This document shows positions 29,388 through 38,452 of a DNA stretch of 50,844 bases, piece after piece. Each line of letters starts with the position of its first letter. The first letter of the stretch is position 1. Below the pieces are notes generated by a model. It was not told the origin of the DNA. It was given only the letters and a program-made list of their open reading frames with translations, and did not search any database. The DNA is from Candidatus Acidiferrales bacterium (lineage in GTDB: Bacteria > Acidobacteriota > Terriglobia > Acidiferrales > UBA7541), in contig JASHRU010000403.1 in the NCBI GenBank assembly GCA_030037225.1, positions 1-50,844 of the forward strand. Reading direction: 5' to 3'. Made by a program: the position numbers and the translations under genes.

Positions 29388-30377
29388 TTAGCCCGCAATT
29401 TCTTGATGGCCGCTGCCTGTCTGCACCTGACCTCTTCTTTCCTTCTCAACTTGTGCCTTGAAATACCCCAGCGTGCGCCGGAGCCCTTCTTCGAGAGTTA
29501 CTTTTGGTTCCCAGCCCAGCAGCCTCTTCGCCTTCGTGATGTCGGGACAACGCTGCTTCGGATCGTCCTGGGGAAGCGGCTTGAAAGCGATCTCCGACGC
29601 CGAGCCGATTAGCGCCTTCACCTGCTGCGCAAATTCCAGAATTGTGATTTCCCGCGGGTTCCCGATGTTCATGGGCAGGTGCTCGTCCGACTGCATCAGC
29701 CGGTAGATACCTTCCACCAGATCGCTCACGTAACAGAAACTCCTCGTCTGCGATCCGTCGCCATACACGGTGATCGGTGCGCCCGTCAGCGCTTGGTAGA
29801 TGAAGTTGGGAAGTGCGCGCCCGTCGTTCAGCCGCATCCGGGGGCCGTAGGTGTTGAAAATGCGTGCGATTCGCGTGTCCACTCCGTGCCAGCGGTGATA
29901 GGCCATGGTCATCGCTTCCGCATATCGCTTTGCCTCGTCGTAGACCCCGCGCGGACCGATCGGGTTCACGTTTCCCCAGTACGTTTCCGGCTGTGGCGAC
30001 ACCAGTGGATCGCCGTAGCATTCTGACGTGGACGCCAGCAGGAATTTCGCCTTCTTCGCCATCGCTAGTCCCAGCGAGTTGTGGGTTCCCAGCGCGCCCA
30101 CCTTCAGCGTCTGGATAGGCAGCCGCGCGTAGTCCACAGGGCTGGCCGGCGAGGCGAAGTGGAGCACGTAATCCACCGGCCCTGAGACGTCGATGTACAG
30201 GCTCGCATCGTGCCTCTGCACGCGGAAGTGTTGGTTTCCCACCAGATGCGCGATGTTCTGCTCCGCGCCCGTCACCAGGTTGTCCACGCACAGCACGTCC
30301 CAAGAGTCGTCCAATAGCTTTTCGCAGAGGTGCGACCCGAGAAATCCCGCCCCACCGGTTATGACGGCGCGCATCAC
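29388..30377 (-). CDS. UDP-glucuronic acid decarboxylase (UDP-xylose synthase) family SDR
   Basis: [61 protein letters not shown]. Confidence 0.93.
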   Translation of the reverse strand: MMRAVITGGAGFLGSHLCEKLLDDSWDVLCVDNLVTGAEQNIAHLVGNQHFRVQRHDASLYIDVSGPVDYVLHFASPASPVDYARLPIQTLKVGALGTHNSLGLAMAKKAKFLLASTSECYGDPLVSPQPETYWGNVNPIGPRGVYDEAKRYAEAMTMAYHRWHGVDTRIARIFNTYGPRMRLNDGRALPNFIYQALTGAPITVYGDGSQTRSFCYVSDLVEGIYRLMQSDEHLPMNIGNPREITILEFAQQVKALIGSASEIAFKPLPQDDPKQRCPDITKAKRLLGWEPKVTLEEGLRRTLGYFKAQVEKERRGQVQTGSGHQEIAG

Positions 30378-30575
30378 TTCCGTTCAATTTGGTCTTGCTG
30401 GATCATTCGATCTTGTCGCTTGCCCATCTGGCTGCGAAACGCGGAGATCATACAGGAACGCCCGGCTACTCTTGAGGAGAAAACGCGCCTCGCGTTTCGT
30501 CTACGGGATTGTGCAACCCTTTCCAGGGACGCGGCCCCTGAGGTCGCTTCTCCACTCTCATCTGCCTACTGCCCC

Positions 30576-32207
30576 TCAAAAACTCGGCGCACCCGTCGCC
30601 GCTGGCCGAGTCTCTCCAGACGCGAGTCCAAACCGCATCCGTTCGAGATAACCCTGTCCCAGCGACATTGCGCCGGTATATGCGTAGCCTCCCACGAACA
30701 GCAGCAGGAACGGCACAGTCGCGTAGTTTTCGTTCTGCAACGAATAGGCAACCGCGAAAGCAAAATAAAGCCCTAGTGCCACCTCGAGCCACGGCATCCA
30801 GCCCGAACGCCGGCGATACGCCTTTGCAATCCAGTTCTCTCGCTGGGCACCCTCGATCCGGTATTTTGGCGTGCGCACGAACTCCGATTGAATTCCCAGC
30901 ATCGCTTCTATTACGGCAATTGAGTTGCGCACGCCGATTCCGATTCCCAGCGCCATCACGAACGGCAGATAGAGAATGCTTCGCTTCCATGTCTTCGGGT
31001 AGATCTCACGCTGCGACATGAGGTAGAAGCTCGATATCGAGCACGTCGAGGCCAGGAACAGGGGCAGATCGATAGCCAGCACCTGCAGCCATCCCTGGTA
31101 AAACCTCACGATCATCGCGGGAAGCAGCAGCGTCGAAAGCAGCATCATCAGCGGATAACTGATGTTCGCCGTGAGGTGGAAAAACGCCTCGGCTTTGATG
31201 TGGAAGGGTATTTGCGCCCGCAGAATCCGCGGCAAGCTCTTCCGAGCCACCTGCGTCAAGCCCTTCGCCCATCGTGCCTGTTGCGATTTAAAGGAATTCA
31301 TGTCCACCGGCAATTCCGAAGGGCATTCCAGGTCCATCAGGTAGAGGAATTTCCAGCCCCGAAGCTGCGCGCGGTATGATAAGTCGGTGTCTTCAGTCAG
31401 TGTGTCGTGTTCCCAACCTCCCGCGTCCTCGATGGCCGCCCGCCGCCACACGCCTGCTGTGCCGTTGAAGTTGAAGAAGCTGCCCTCCCGGTATCTCCCG
31501 CCGTGCTCCATCACAAAGTGGCCGTCCAGGAGGATTGCTTCCACTTCGCTTAGCGACGAGTAGTGCCGGTTCATGTACGTCCATCGCGCCTGGACCATCC
31601 CGATTTTTTCCTCTTGAAAATAGGGAATCGTCCGGCGCAGGAAATCCGGGTTCGGTTGGAAGTCTGCGTCAAAAATGGCGATGAACTCCCCTGTGGCCGT
31701 CTTCATCCCTTCCTTGAGAGCGCCGGCCTTGAACCCATCCCGGTTCTCGCGGTGCATGTACTGGATGTTCAGGCCCAGCGCTTGGAATCGTTCCACGCAG
31801 GCACGCGCCACATCAACAGTCTCGTCCGTCGAATCGTCCAGCACCTGGATCTCGACCTGTTCGCGCGGATAATCCATCCGCGACATGGCCTCCAACAGAC
31901 GCTCCACTACGTATCTTTCGTTGAAGATGGGAAGCTGTATGGTAACCTTTGGCCACTCCGATTGTGCAGGCGGAGGCCCCGGTTCCACGTGTCGGTGTTT
32001 GAAATAATTATAGACCAGCCAGTAGCGATGGCTTCCGTACGCGGCCAGTACCACGAGCACAGCAAAGTACGGCAGCATGATGGCCAGGTCGAATCCGTTC
32101 GGCTGGTAGAGGCCGCGAAACGTTTTGTCCGTCAACCGCTGCCACACCGTGGAGAGCGGACCCTGTGCCCCGGCCAGCCAAATTCCCAGGCTGAAGAGTG
32201 AATTCAC
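30576..32207 (-). CDS. Cellulose-synthase-like GT2 (CslA-type, D,D,D,QxxRW)
   Basis: QLPIFNE, LDDSTD, KAGAL, FDADF, FNGTAG, TEDTDL, QQARW. A GGGAG RBS precedes GTG 32207. Confidence 0.92.
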   Translation of the reverse strand: MNSLFSLGIWLAGAQGPLSTVWQRLTDKTFRGLYQPNGFDLAIMLPYFAVLVVLAAYGSHRYWLVYNYFKHRHVEPGPPPAQSEWPKVTIQLPIFNERYVVERLLEAMSRMDYPREQVEIQVLDDSTDETVDVARACVERFQALGLNIQYMHRENRDGFKAGALKEGMKTATGEFIAIFDADFQPNPDFLRRTIPYFQEEKIGMVQARWTYMNRHYSSLSEVEAILLDGHFVMEHGGRYREGSFFNFNGTAGVWRRAAIEDAGGWEHDTLTEDTDLSYRAQLRGWKFLYLMDLECPSELPVDMNSFKSQQARWAKGLTQVARKSLPRILRAQIPFHIKAEAFFHLTANISYPLMMLLSTLLLPAMIVRFYQGWLQVLAIDLPLFLASTCSISSFYLMSQREIYPKTWKRSILYLPFVMALGIGIGVRNSIAVIEAMLGIQSEFVRTPKYRIEGAQRENWIAKAYRRRSGWMPWLEVALGLYFAFAVAYSLQNENYATVPFLLLFVGGYAYTGAMSLGQGYLERMRFGLASGETRPAATGAPSF

Positions 32208-33538
32208 CTTCCGTGGTCTCCCGCCAAAATTCTTCCCACTCTCATTCGCCCTTCCCGCCTGCCTTTGCCGGCGCCGCGGCGCTCGAAGCCGCGTTCCTCA
32301 TGCTTCGGCGCCTCAACGATCTAAAGATGCAGGTCATCGAAACGATCCTCGTCGGACTCGCCGCTGGCATCGTCTATTTCGTCGCGCTCTATTTTCTCGA
32401 GCGCGCCGCGGATCGTCGCGGGCTTCTTTGGACCATCCTCGCCGCCGCGTTCCTTTTTCGTTTCACGCTCGTCTCGCTCGAGCCCAGCCTCTCCGATGAT
32501 CTCTACCGTTACCGCTGGGACGGCCTCATCCAGCGCGCCGGCTGGAACCCCTATGCGATTGCGCCAGACGACTCTCGCCTGGTTGGCTACCGCGATGGTT
32601 ACTGGCCCCGCGTCTCGAACCAGGAGATGCCGAACATCTATCCGCCGGTCACGGAGCTGGTGTTGCGTGGCACCGCAGCGGTTTCCTCCAGGCTGCTGGC
32701 CTTCAAAACTCCTATGCTCGTCGCAGAATCCCTTCTGATTGCCCTCCTGGCGTTTTGGGTCCGCCGCTCGCGCCGAAGGGAGTATACGCTCGCCGTTTAT
32801 GCGTGGAATCCGTTGGTGGTCGTCGAATTCGCAGCAAGCGGGCATAACGACGCGCTGGCCATGCTGTTTTCCGCTGCCGCGCTCTTTTTGATTATAGAGA
32901 GGCGCATAGTGCTGTCAACGCTGGCTCTCGGCGCGGCGGTCCTGGCGAAGTTTTTTCCCATCCTGCTCGCCCCGCTCTGGCTGCGCCGCATGGGTTGGCC
33001 GCGCAATTCGCGCTCGTGGACGGCCTTGGGACTCACTTTGGGCCTCGCCGCTGCCACCTGGTGGCCCTACCGGGCCGCTTGGCCCGGCGTCCTTGGTCTC
33101 TTTCAACCGTACCGCAGGCATTGGGTGAACAACGCGAGTCTCTTCTCGGTTCTCAAGTGGTTCAGCGGTTCCGACGACTGGGCCTGGGGCATCGGCGTGG
33201 GCATCGTCGCCGGCATCGCGCTCTGGGCCGCGTTCCGCAACGCGGAGCCGCTCCGCGCTGCCTATCTGCTGTTCGGCGCCGTACCGCTCCTCTCCCAGAA
33301 CGCCTTCTCCTGGTATTTCCTTTGGGTCGTTCCTCTCCTCGTCTTCTTTCCAAATCCCGCGTGGCTCCTGCTCACCGTCCTCCAGTTTCTCTCCTATCAT
33401 GTGCTGATTGGATATGGCATCAACGGCGACTGGAAATTCGATCCGTTTTTTCTCTGGCTGGAGTACGGGCCGTTCTTTGCGCTATTACTCTGGCAGGCGT
33501 TCTGTTCGGGCAGGCCTTCACGCGGCTCGGCAGCGTGA
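32198..33538 (+). CDS. GT87/DUF2029-like GT-C membrane glycosyltransferase
   Basis: LSDDLYRYRWDG, IYPP, YAWNPLVVVE, GHND, LAKF. The true start is possibly ATG 32300. Confidence 0.82.
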   Translation: MNSPSVVSRQNSSHSHSPFPPAFAGAAALEAAFLMLRRLNDLKMQVIETILVGLAAGIVYFVALYFLERAADRRGLLWTILAAAFLFRFTLVSLEPSLSDDLYRYRWDGLIQRAGWNPYAIAPDDSRLVGYRDGYWPRVSNQEMPNIYPPVTELVLRGTAAVSSRLLAFKTPMLVAESLLIALLAFWVRRSRRREYTLAVYAWNPLVVVEFAASGHNDALAMLFSAAALFLIIERRIVLSTLALGAAVLAKFFPILLAPLWLRRMGWPRNSRSWTALGLTLGLAAATWWPYRAAWPGVLGLFQPYRRHWVNNASLFSVLKWFSGSDDWAWGIGVGIVAGIALWAAFRNAEPLRAAYLLFGAVPLLSQNAFSWYFLWVVPLLVFFPNPAWLLLTVLQFLSYHVLIGYGINGDWKFDPFFLWLEYGPFFALLLWQAFCSGRPSRGSAA

Positions 33539-33552
33539 GGGAATGTGCATTC

Positions 33553-34287
33553 TCATCGTCTCGGCATGCTGAACATTCTGTCGTCAATCGGCGGGTTGAT
33601 TTCGATCCTCTGGATCGTCATCGTGCTCCGTTCCGGCCGGCCGCGCATCACGCTCACGATCGTGTGGGCGAACATCACGCCGCCTTCGCTGCGGTAATCG
33701 CCGAGCGTCTGCTCGATGGCCGATGGCTTCCCGTCCATCGTCCCCAATATGTCTTGTCGAACTTCGAGATACGTTCGCGTATCGATGTATTGGTACTGCG
33801 TGTGGCCGGTGTGCAGTGTCACTTTCAGTTTGTAGCACGGCCTGTCTTCCACCGTTTGCGTTCCGGCGAGCTCCACGCGGCTGCCCTTCGTGGCGTAATC
33901 GGCCAGCACCCCGTCTATCGCGTTCTCCGCGTCGTCGCGCAATTCGTCTAGGTCCCCGCCGGTCAATGACCGCGCCGACGCCCCGCGGGGCCCTGGGTTC
34001 TGTATCCATCCGGATCGTCCGTCGTATGCCTTGATGGATCGGCCTTGTCCCATGGACAATTCCTCCCGGAGCTGGCTGGGACGCAAAAGGTAAACCCGTA
34101 GCGGCGTGCCCCTCCCGTCTGGCGTGCTCACGCTGTCCGTCATCACCATCGACCGGATCGTGCGCAGCTTTTCGATTCCTCCGCGTGCCGCAAGATTCTT
34201 CGCGATGATTTCGTCTGCCGTCTGCGCCGAGGCGCTCACGCAAATCCCTGCGCTGATCGCCAGCGCCAAAAGGCACGCTTTCGTCAT
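33553..34287 (-). CDS. Secreted protein, LolA-like / outer-membrane lipoprotein-sorting type
   Basis: Signal peptide (ASA-QT), TADEIIAKNLAARGG, YDGRSGW, DYR..GGV.F, INPPIDD..F.MP. Confidence 0.65.
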   Translation of the reverse strand: MTKACLLALAISAGICVSASAQTADEIIAKNLAARGGIEKLRTIRSMVMTDSVSTPDGRGTPLRVYLLRPSQLREELSMGQGRSIKAYDGRSGWIQNPGPRGASARSLTGGDLDELRDDAENAIDGVLADYATKGSRVELAGTQTVEDRPCYKLKVTLHTGHTQYQYIDTRTYLEVRQDILGTMDGKPSAIEQTLGDYRSEGGVMFAHTIVSVMRGRPERSTMTIQRIEINPPIDDRMFSMPRR

Positions 34288-34296
34288 GGGTAACCT

Positions 34297-35448
34297 CTAG
34301 GTAGTGAGAGTGACCAGAGTGGCGCTGGGATGCTTTCCGACCGGAGGCAGTTTCGTGCGGTCCACGGGACGGTACAGCGTGTCTCGTTCCACGGGCTGGA
34401 AACCAGCTTCGCGGATCAACCGTTCCAGCTCGCCGCGCGTCAGTTCCTGCGGCGTGGTCGCGCCGGCGTCGTGGTAGATTTTTTCCTCGATTACCGTCCC
34501 GTCCATGTCGTTCGCCCCGAATTTCAGCGCGATCTGAGCGATTCGCGGCGTCAGCATGATCCAATACGCTTTGATGTGTTCGAAATTGTCCAGCAGCAGC
34601 CGCGACACGGCGATGCATTTCAGATCGTCGTACCCCGTCGGTTTCGGCAGGTGCGCCAGCGCCGTGTTCTCCGGGTGGAATTCCAGCGGGATAAACGCAA
34701 CAAACCCGTGCGTTTCGTCCTGGAGTTGTCGCAACAGCAGCAGGTGCTCCACCCGTTCCTCCAGCGTTTCGATGTGGCCGAACAGCATCGTTGCGTTCGA
34801 CCTCAGCCCCAGTGCGTGCGCCGTTCGTGCGATGTCCAGCCACTGTCGCCCGCTGGTTTTGTGGTCGCAGATCACTTTCCGCACCCGCGGATTGAAGATC
34901 TCTGCTCCGCCGCCCGGCATGGAATCCACTCCTGCCTCCTTCAGTTTCACCAGCACGTCGCGGACGGAAAGCTTCGTCATGCGCGAGAGGTAGCCGATCT
35001 CCACCATCGTGAACACTTTCAGATGTACGTGCGGAAATCGCTGCTTCAGGCCCCGTATCAGATCGAGGTAATACTCGAACGGCAGGTCAGGATGCAGCCC
35101 TCCGACGATGTGAAACTCCGTTGCCCCTTCGGCCACGCCTTCGGCCGCCCGCTGCCACACCTCATCAAGCGCATAGGTATAAGCCCCGGGCACGTCTGGC
35201 GACCGTCCGAACGCGCACAGCCGGCAGTGCGCCGTACACACGTTCGTTGGATTGATGTGCCGGTTGATGTTGAAGTACGTCGTTTTCCCGTGCCGCTTCT
35301 CGCGCTCGTGGTTTGCCAGCCACCCCACCGCCAGCAGGTCCGCTGAGCGGTAGAGCGCGAGCCCGTCGGCCGCGTCCAGCCGTTCTCCCGCGAAAACTTT
35401 TTTCGCGACCGGCTCCAGCCCCACGTCGGCGATGTGAAGTTCAGACAT
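34297..35448 (-). CDS. mqnE: Aminofutalosine synthase (CofH-family radical SAM)
   Basis: NRHINPTNVCxxxCxxC, EFHIVGGLHP, MPGGGAEIF, NATMLFGHIE, HIKAYW, EKIYHDAGA. Lies next to ubiA-like and ubiX genes. Confidence 0.9.
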   Translation of the reverse strand: MSELHIADVGLEPVAKKVFAGERLDAADGLALYRSADLLAVGWLANHEREKRHGKTTYFNINRHINPTNVCTAHCRLCAFGRSPDVPGAYTYALDEVWQRAAEGVAEGATEFHIVGGLHPDLPFEYYLDLIRGLKQRFPHVHLKVFTMVEIGYLSRMTKLSVRDVLVKLKEAGVDSMPGGGAEIFNPRVRKVICDHKTSGRQWLDIARTAHALGLRSNATMLFGHIETLEERVEHLLLLRQLQDETHGFVAFIPLEFHPENTALAHLPKPTGYDDLKCIAVSRLLLDNFEHIKAYWIMLTPRIAQIALKFGANDMDGTVIEEKIYHDAGATTPQELTRGELERLIREAGFQPVERDTLYRPVDRTKLPPVGKHPSATLVTLTT

Positions 35449-35457
35449 CCTCGTTCG

Positions 35458-36336
35458 CTATCGTCCCACCCACAGCGCGGTGCCCCACGACACAAAGAAC
35501 AGAATACTAATAAAGCCGTTCGTTGTAAAAAATGCTGCGTCCAAGCGGGAGAGGTCGTTCGGCCCCACCAGCGAATGCTCATACACCAGCAGTCCTGCCA
35601 CTGCCGCAACTCCCGCCCATGCTGGCCAGGCCAGTTGGAAACTCCACGCCAGCCACCCCAGCAGCGCCACAACGCAAATGTGCATCACTCGTGCCATCCA
35701 CAGTGCCTGCCCCACTCCGAATCGTTCGGGAATAGAATGCAGTCCTGCACCGCGGTCGAATTCCAAATCCTGCAGCGCGTAAAGCACATCGAACCCCGCC
35801 ACCCAAAGCGTCACGGCACCGCAGAGCACAACCATGCGCCAGTCGAGTGACCCCGTCACCGCTATCCATGCTGCCGCCGGGGCAATTCCCAGGCAGAACC
35901 CAAGCACCAGATGCGAGTACGCGGTAAACCGCTTCGTGTACGAATAGAGAAAAAGCGCCGCTAGGGCCACCGGCGAAAGCGTCAATGCCAGCCGGTTCAG
36001 CTTCCACGCAGCGAACACGAGCACTGCTGAACTCACCAGTGCGAAGACCCAGGCGAAACGCAGCGTGAGCGCTCCGGTTACCAGCGCCCGGCCGGCCGTG
36101 CGCGGGTTCCGCCGGTCGTATTCCACGTCCACGATGCGATTTGTCGTCATCGCCGCGGAGCGCGCTCCCACCATGGCCGCCACGATCCAACCGATTTGCC
36201 GCCACTCCGGCCACCCCGGCCCTGCGTAGCGCGCCGCCAGCAGCGCCCCGGTCAGCGCAAAGGGCAGCGCGAACACCGAGTGTTCGAATTTAATCATCAC
36301 CAGTGTGGTGCGGATTTTATCGAGCAGCGTAGCCAT
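35458..36336 (-). CDS. mqnP: UbiA-family polyprenyltransferase of the futalosine pathway
   Basis: MIKFEHSVFALPFA, ARSAAM, DRRNPRT, YSYTKRFT, WVAGFDVLYALQD. Start set at ATG 36336. Confidence 0.87.
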   Translation of the reverse strand: MATLLDKIRTTLVMIKFEHSVFALPFALTGALLAARYAGPGWPEWRQIGWIVAAMVGARSAAMTTNRIVDVEYDRRNPRTAGRALVTGALTLRFAWVFALVSSAVLVFAAWKLNRLALTLSPVALAALFLYSYTKRFTAYSHLVLGFCLGIAPAAAWIAVTGSLDWRMVVLCGAVTLWVAGFDVLYALQDLEFDRGAGLHSIPERFGVGQALWMARVMHICVVALLGWLAWSFQLAWPAWAGVAAVAGLLVYEHSLVGPNDLSRLDAAFFTTNGFISILFFVSWGTALWVGR

Positions 36337-36368
36337 GACCGGAAGTGTTCCGCGCGGCGGAGCGGACG

Positions 36369-37049
36369 CTACTTTGTTCTTCGGCGGCCCGGATCGGGAC
36401 GTGGTGCCACTGCAAGCCGGCGCGCCGCGGAAATCTCCCTCTGGCCCTGCCACCGGAACTGCGCCTCCTGCGGCAAATCCAGGTGCGCCAGCACTCGGCA
36501 CACATACTGCGCCACCAGGTCACCGATCGTCTTTGCGCCCGCGTAAAACGCGGGAACAATCGGCATGATCGTCGCGCCCGCCGCCTGCGCCCGCAGCATG
36601 TTCTCCAGGTGAATCCGGCTCAGCGGCGTTTCGCGCACGCACAATACCAGCCGCCGGCCCTCTTTCAGGCATACGTCCGCCGCGCGCCCCACCAGGTCGT
36701 CGGCCAGCCCGCTCGCGATTTTCCCCAGCGTATTCACCGAGCACGGCAGCACCACCATTCCGTCCACCGCATGGCTCCCGGAAGCGATGGACGCGCCGAT
36801 GTCCGCATTGAGCAGTCCCTCGAATTTTGCCGCCGGCGTTCCGGCCAGCCTCGCTGCCAGTTGCCGCGGCTCGCTGGCGCGGATGCCCAATTCGTCCGCC
36901 AACACCCGCATCCCGCTCGATGTGACCACAAAGTGCACGCGCGCCACGCGTTCATCGGCGTCCAGCATGCGCACCATCGTCTGCGCGCACACGGCTCCGC
37001 TCGCGCCGGTCAGCGCAACCGTAATCTCTTTTCGTGCGTCTTTCGTCAT
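36369..37049 (-). CDS. ubiX: Flavin prenyltransferase
   Basis: TGASGA, IASGS, PCSVNTL, RAADVCLKE, RETPL, PAFY. Confidence 0.93.
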   Translation of the reverse strand: MTKDARKEITVALTGASGAVCAQTMVRMLDADERVARVHFVVTSSGMRVLADELGIRASEPRQLAARLAGTPAAKFEGLLNADIGASIASGSHAVDGMVVLPCSVNTLGKIASGLADDLVGRAADVCLKEGRRLVLCVRETPLSRIHLENMLRAQAAGATIMPIVPAFYAGAKTIGDLVAQYVCRVLAHLDLPQEAQFRWQGQREISAARRLAVAPRPDPGRRRTK

Positions 37050-37068
37050 TCAACTCCGCCGTTGAGCG

Positions 37069-37098
37069 ATGCTATGCAGCCTTCTCCACCAATGTCAA
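37069..37098 (-). promoter_or_regulatory. Sigma70-type promoter for ubiX-mqnP-mqnE
   Basis: Minus strand TTGACA-18 bp-TAGCAT, ending 20 nt before the ubiX ATG, with a GGAG RBS. Confidence 0.6.
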
Positions 37099-37119
37099 GA
37101 AAACCCTCTCGGCGCGCAC

Positions 37120-37539
37120 CTAAAACCACGTGTGCCGCGCGTATTCCCGGTACTGCTCGCCAAACCTATCCTCCAGCACCCGCGCCTCGCGCCGGCTCCG
37201 GATGAGCTGCAAGGGGAGAATCACCACGAACAGCAGCAGCCACAGCGGCTTCTCGAAAGTCAGGGCGGCTCCCGCTATCGCAATCGCGCTGAACACGTAA
37301 ATCGGATTCCGGATACGCGAGTAAATTCCGTGCGTCACCAGTTGCCGTGCTTCCGGCCTCACGCTAAAAGAATCCCCCAGTTGCACATGCGCGATTCCCC
37401 AGAATACGAATCCCAGCATCATCATCGTCATGCCGGCGATCCGCATGGATGTCCACGGCAGATCCTGAGTCAGCGCATACACGGTCAAAACCACCGCCAG
37501 CGGTAAGGCTACGAATCGAAAATGGCTTTTCCGTTCCAT
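37120..37539 (-). CDS. Isoprenylcysteine carboxyl methyltransferase / PEMT family membrane protein
   Basis: LVTHGIYSRIRNPIY, EARVLEDRFGEQYREY. Start set at ATG 37539. Confidence 0.85.
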   Translation of the reverse strand: MERKSHFRFVALPLAVVLTVYALTQDLPWTSMRIAGMTMMMLGFVFWGIAHVQLGDSFSVRPEARQLVTHGIYSRIRNPIYVFSAIAIAGAALTFEKPLWLLLFVVILPLQLIRSRREARVLEDRFGEQYREYARHTWF

Positions 37540-37657
37540 CGACTCCAGTCTATCCAGCCCGTACGCCTGGCGCAAAAAATTCGGCCGTTCTCCGCCTCCG
37601 GTTCGTCGTTTTCTTGCAGCCTATCCGGCGCAGCCGAACGATTCGAACCATCCGCGA

Positions 37658-37666
37658 TGATAGAAT
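37658..37666 (+). promoter_or_regulatory. Extended -10 promoter (TGaTAGAAT) giving a near-leaderless larB transcript
   Basis: TG-n-TAGAAT ends 9 nt before ATG 37676, and there is no SD. Confidence 0.5.
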
Positions 37667-37675
37667 CGGGCCGCG

Positions 37676-38432
37676 ATGGACGAAAAGACACTGCACCAAT
37701 TGCTTCGCGACGTCCGCGCCCGCCGCCTCACTGAGTCCGCGGCCATCGAGCGCCTCCGCAATCTGCCCTTCGAAGACCTCGGCTTCGCGAAAGTGGACCA
37801 CCATCGCTCGCTCCGCCGGGGCTTTGCCGAAGTCGTCTTCGGACGCGGGAAAACGCCCGATCAGGTCGCCGGCATCGTTCGCTCCATGCTCGCCCGGCGC
37901 AACGGCCGGCACAACATCCTGGTAACCCGCGCCGACAAGCGCATCCACGCGGCCGTAAGGCGGCTGGCCCCCTCTGCCAGGTTCCATCCGCTCTCGGGAG
38001 CGATTCTTGTCCAACGCGACCGCGTCGTTCGCGGAAAGGGAACTATATTGGTGGTTTCGGTGGGCACCGGCGACATCCCTGTCGCTGAGGAAGCGCTTGT
38101 TGCCGCGCGCTCTCTCGGTAATCGCGCCGAAGCCATCTACGATGTCGGCGTCGCCGGCCTTCATCGTCTCCTCCGCCACCGCGTGCAGCTCTCCTCGGCG
38201 CGCGTCATTATCTGTGTGGCGGGCATGGAAGGCGCGCTGCCCATGCGTCGTCGCCGGGCTCGTTTCCGCTCCTGTCATCGCTGTGCCCACCAGCGTCGGC
38301 TATGGCGCGAGTTTCGGCGGTGTCGCCGCTCTGCTCGCCATGCTCAATAGTCGCGCCTCTACTGTAAGCGTCGTAAATATCGACAGCGGGTTCGGCGCCG
38401 CGTGCGTGGCTTCCTGCATCAATCGTATGTAG
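37676..38432 (+). pseudogene. larB: Nickel-pincer cofactor biosynthesis protein LarB, frameshifted
   Basis: [28 protein letters not shown] and AGMEGALP lie in one frame. [24 protein letters not shown]...VVNID.GFGAA continues in another frame after an extra T at 38244. Confidence 0.85.
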
Positions 38433-38452
38433 CCCGCTGGCCTCCCAGACGG

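Noticed and set aside
29321..30575. Short degenerate 7-bp periodicities (GAATGAA-GAATTGA near 29322; CTGCCTA-CTGCCCC near 30562)
   Set aside because: Only two imperfect units each, not distinguishable from chance.
36337..36501. Extended N-terminus of mqnP overlapping ubiX
   Set aside because: Homology starts near MATLLDKIRTT (36336) and the extension overlaps the ubiX 3' end.
37120..37539. ICMT-family methyltransferase as a novel menaquinone-pathway methylase
   Set aside because: A separate strong promoter lies between it and ubiX, so co-function is unsupported.
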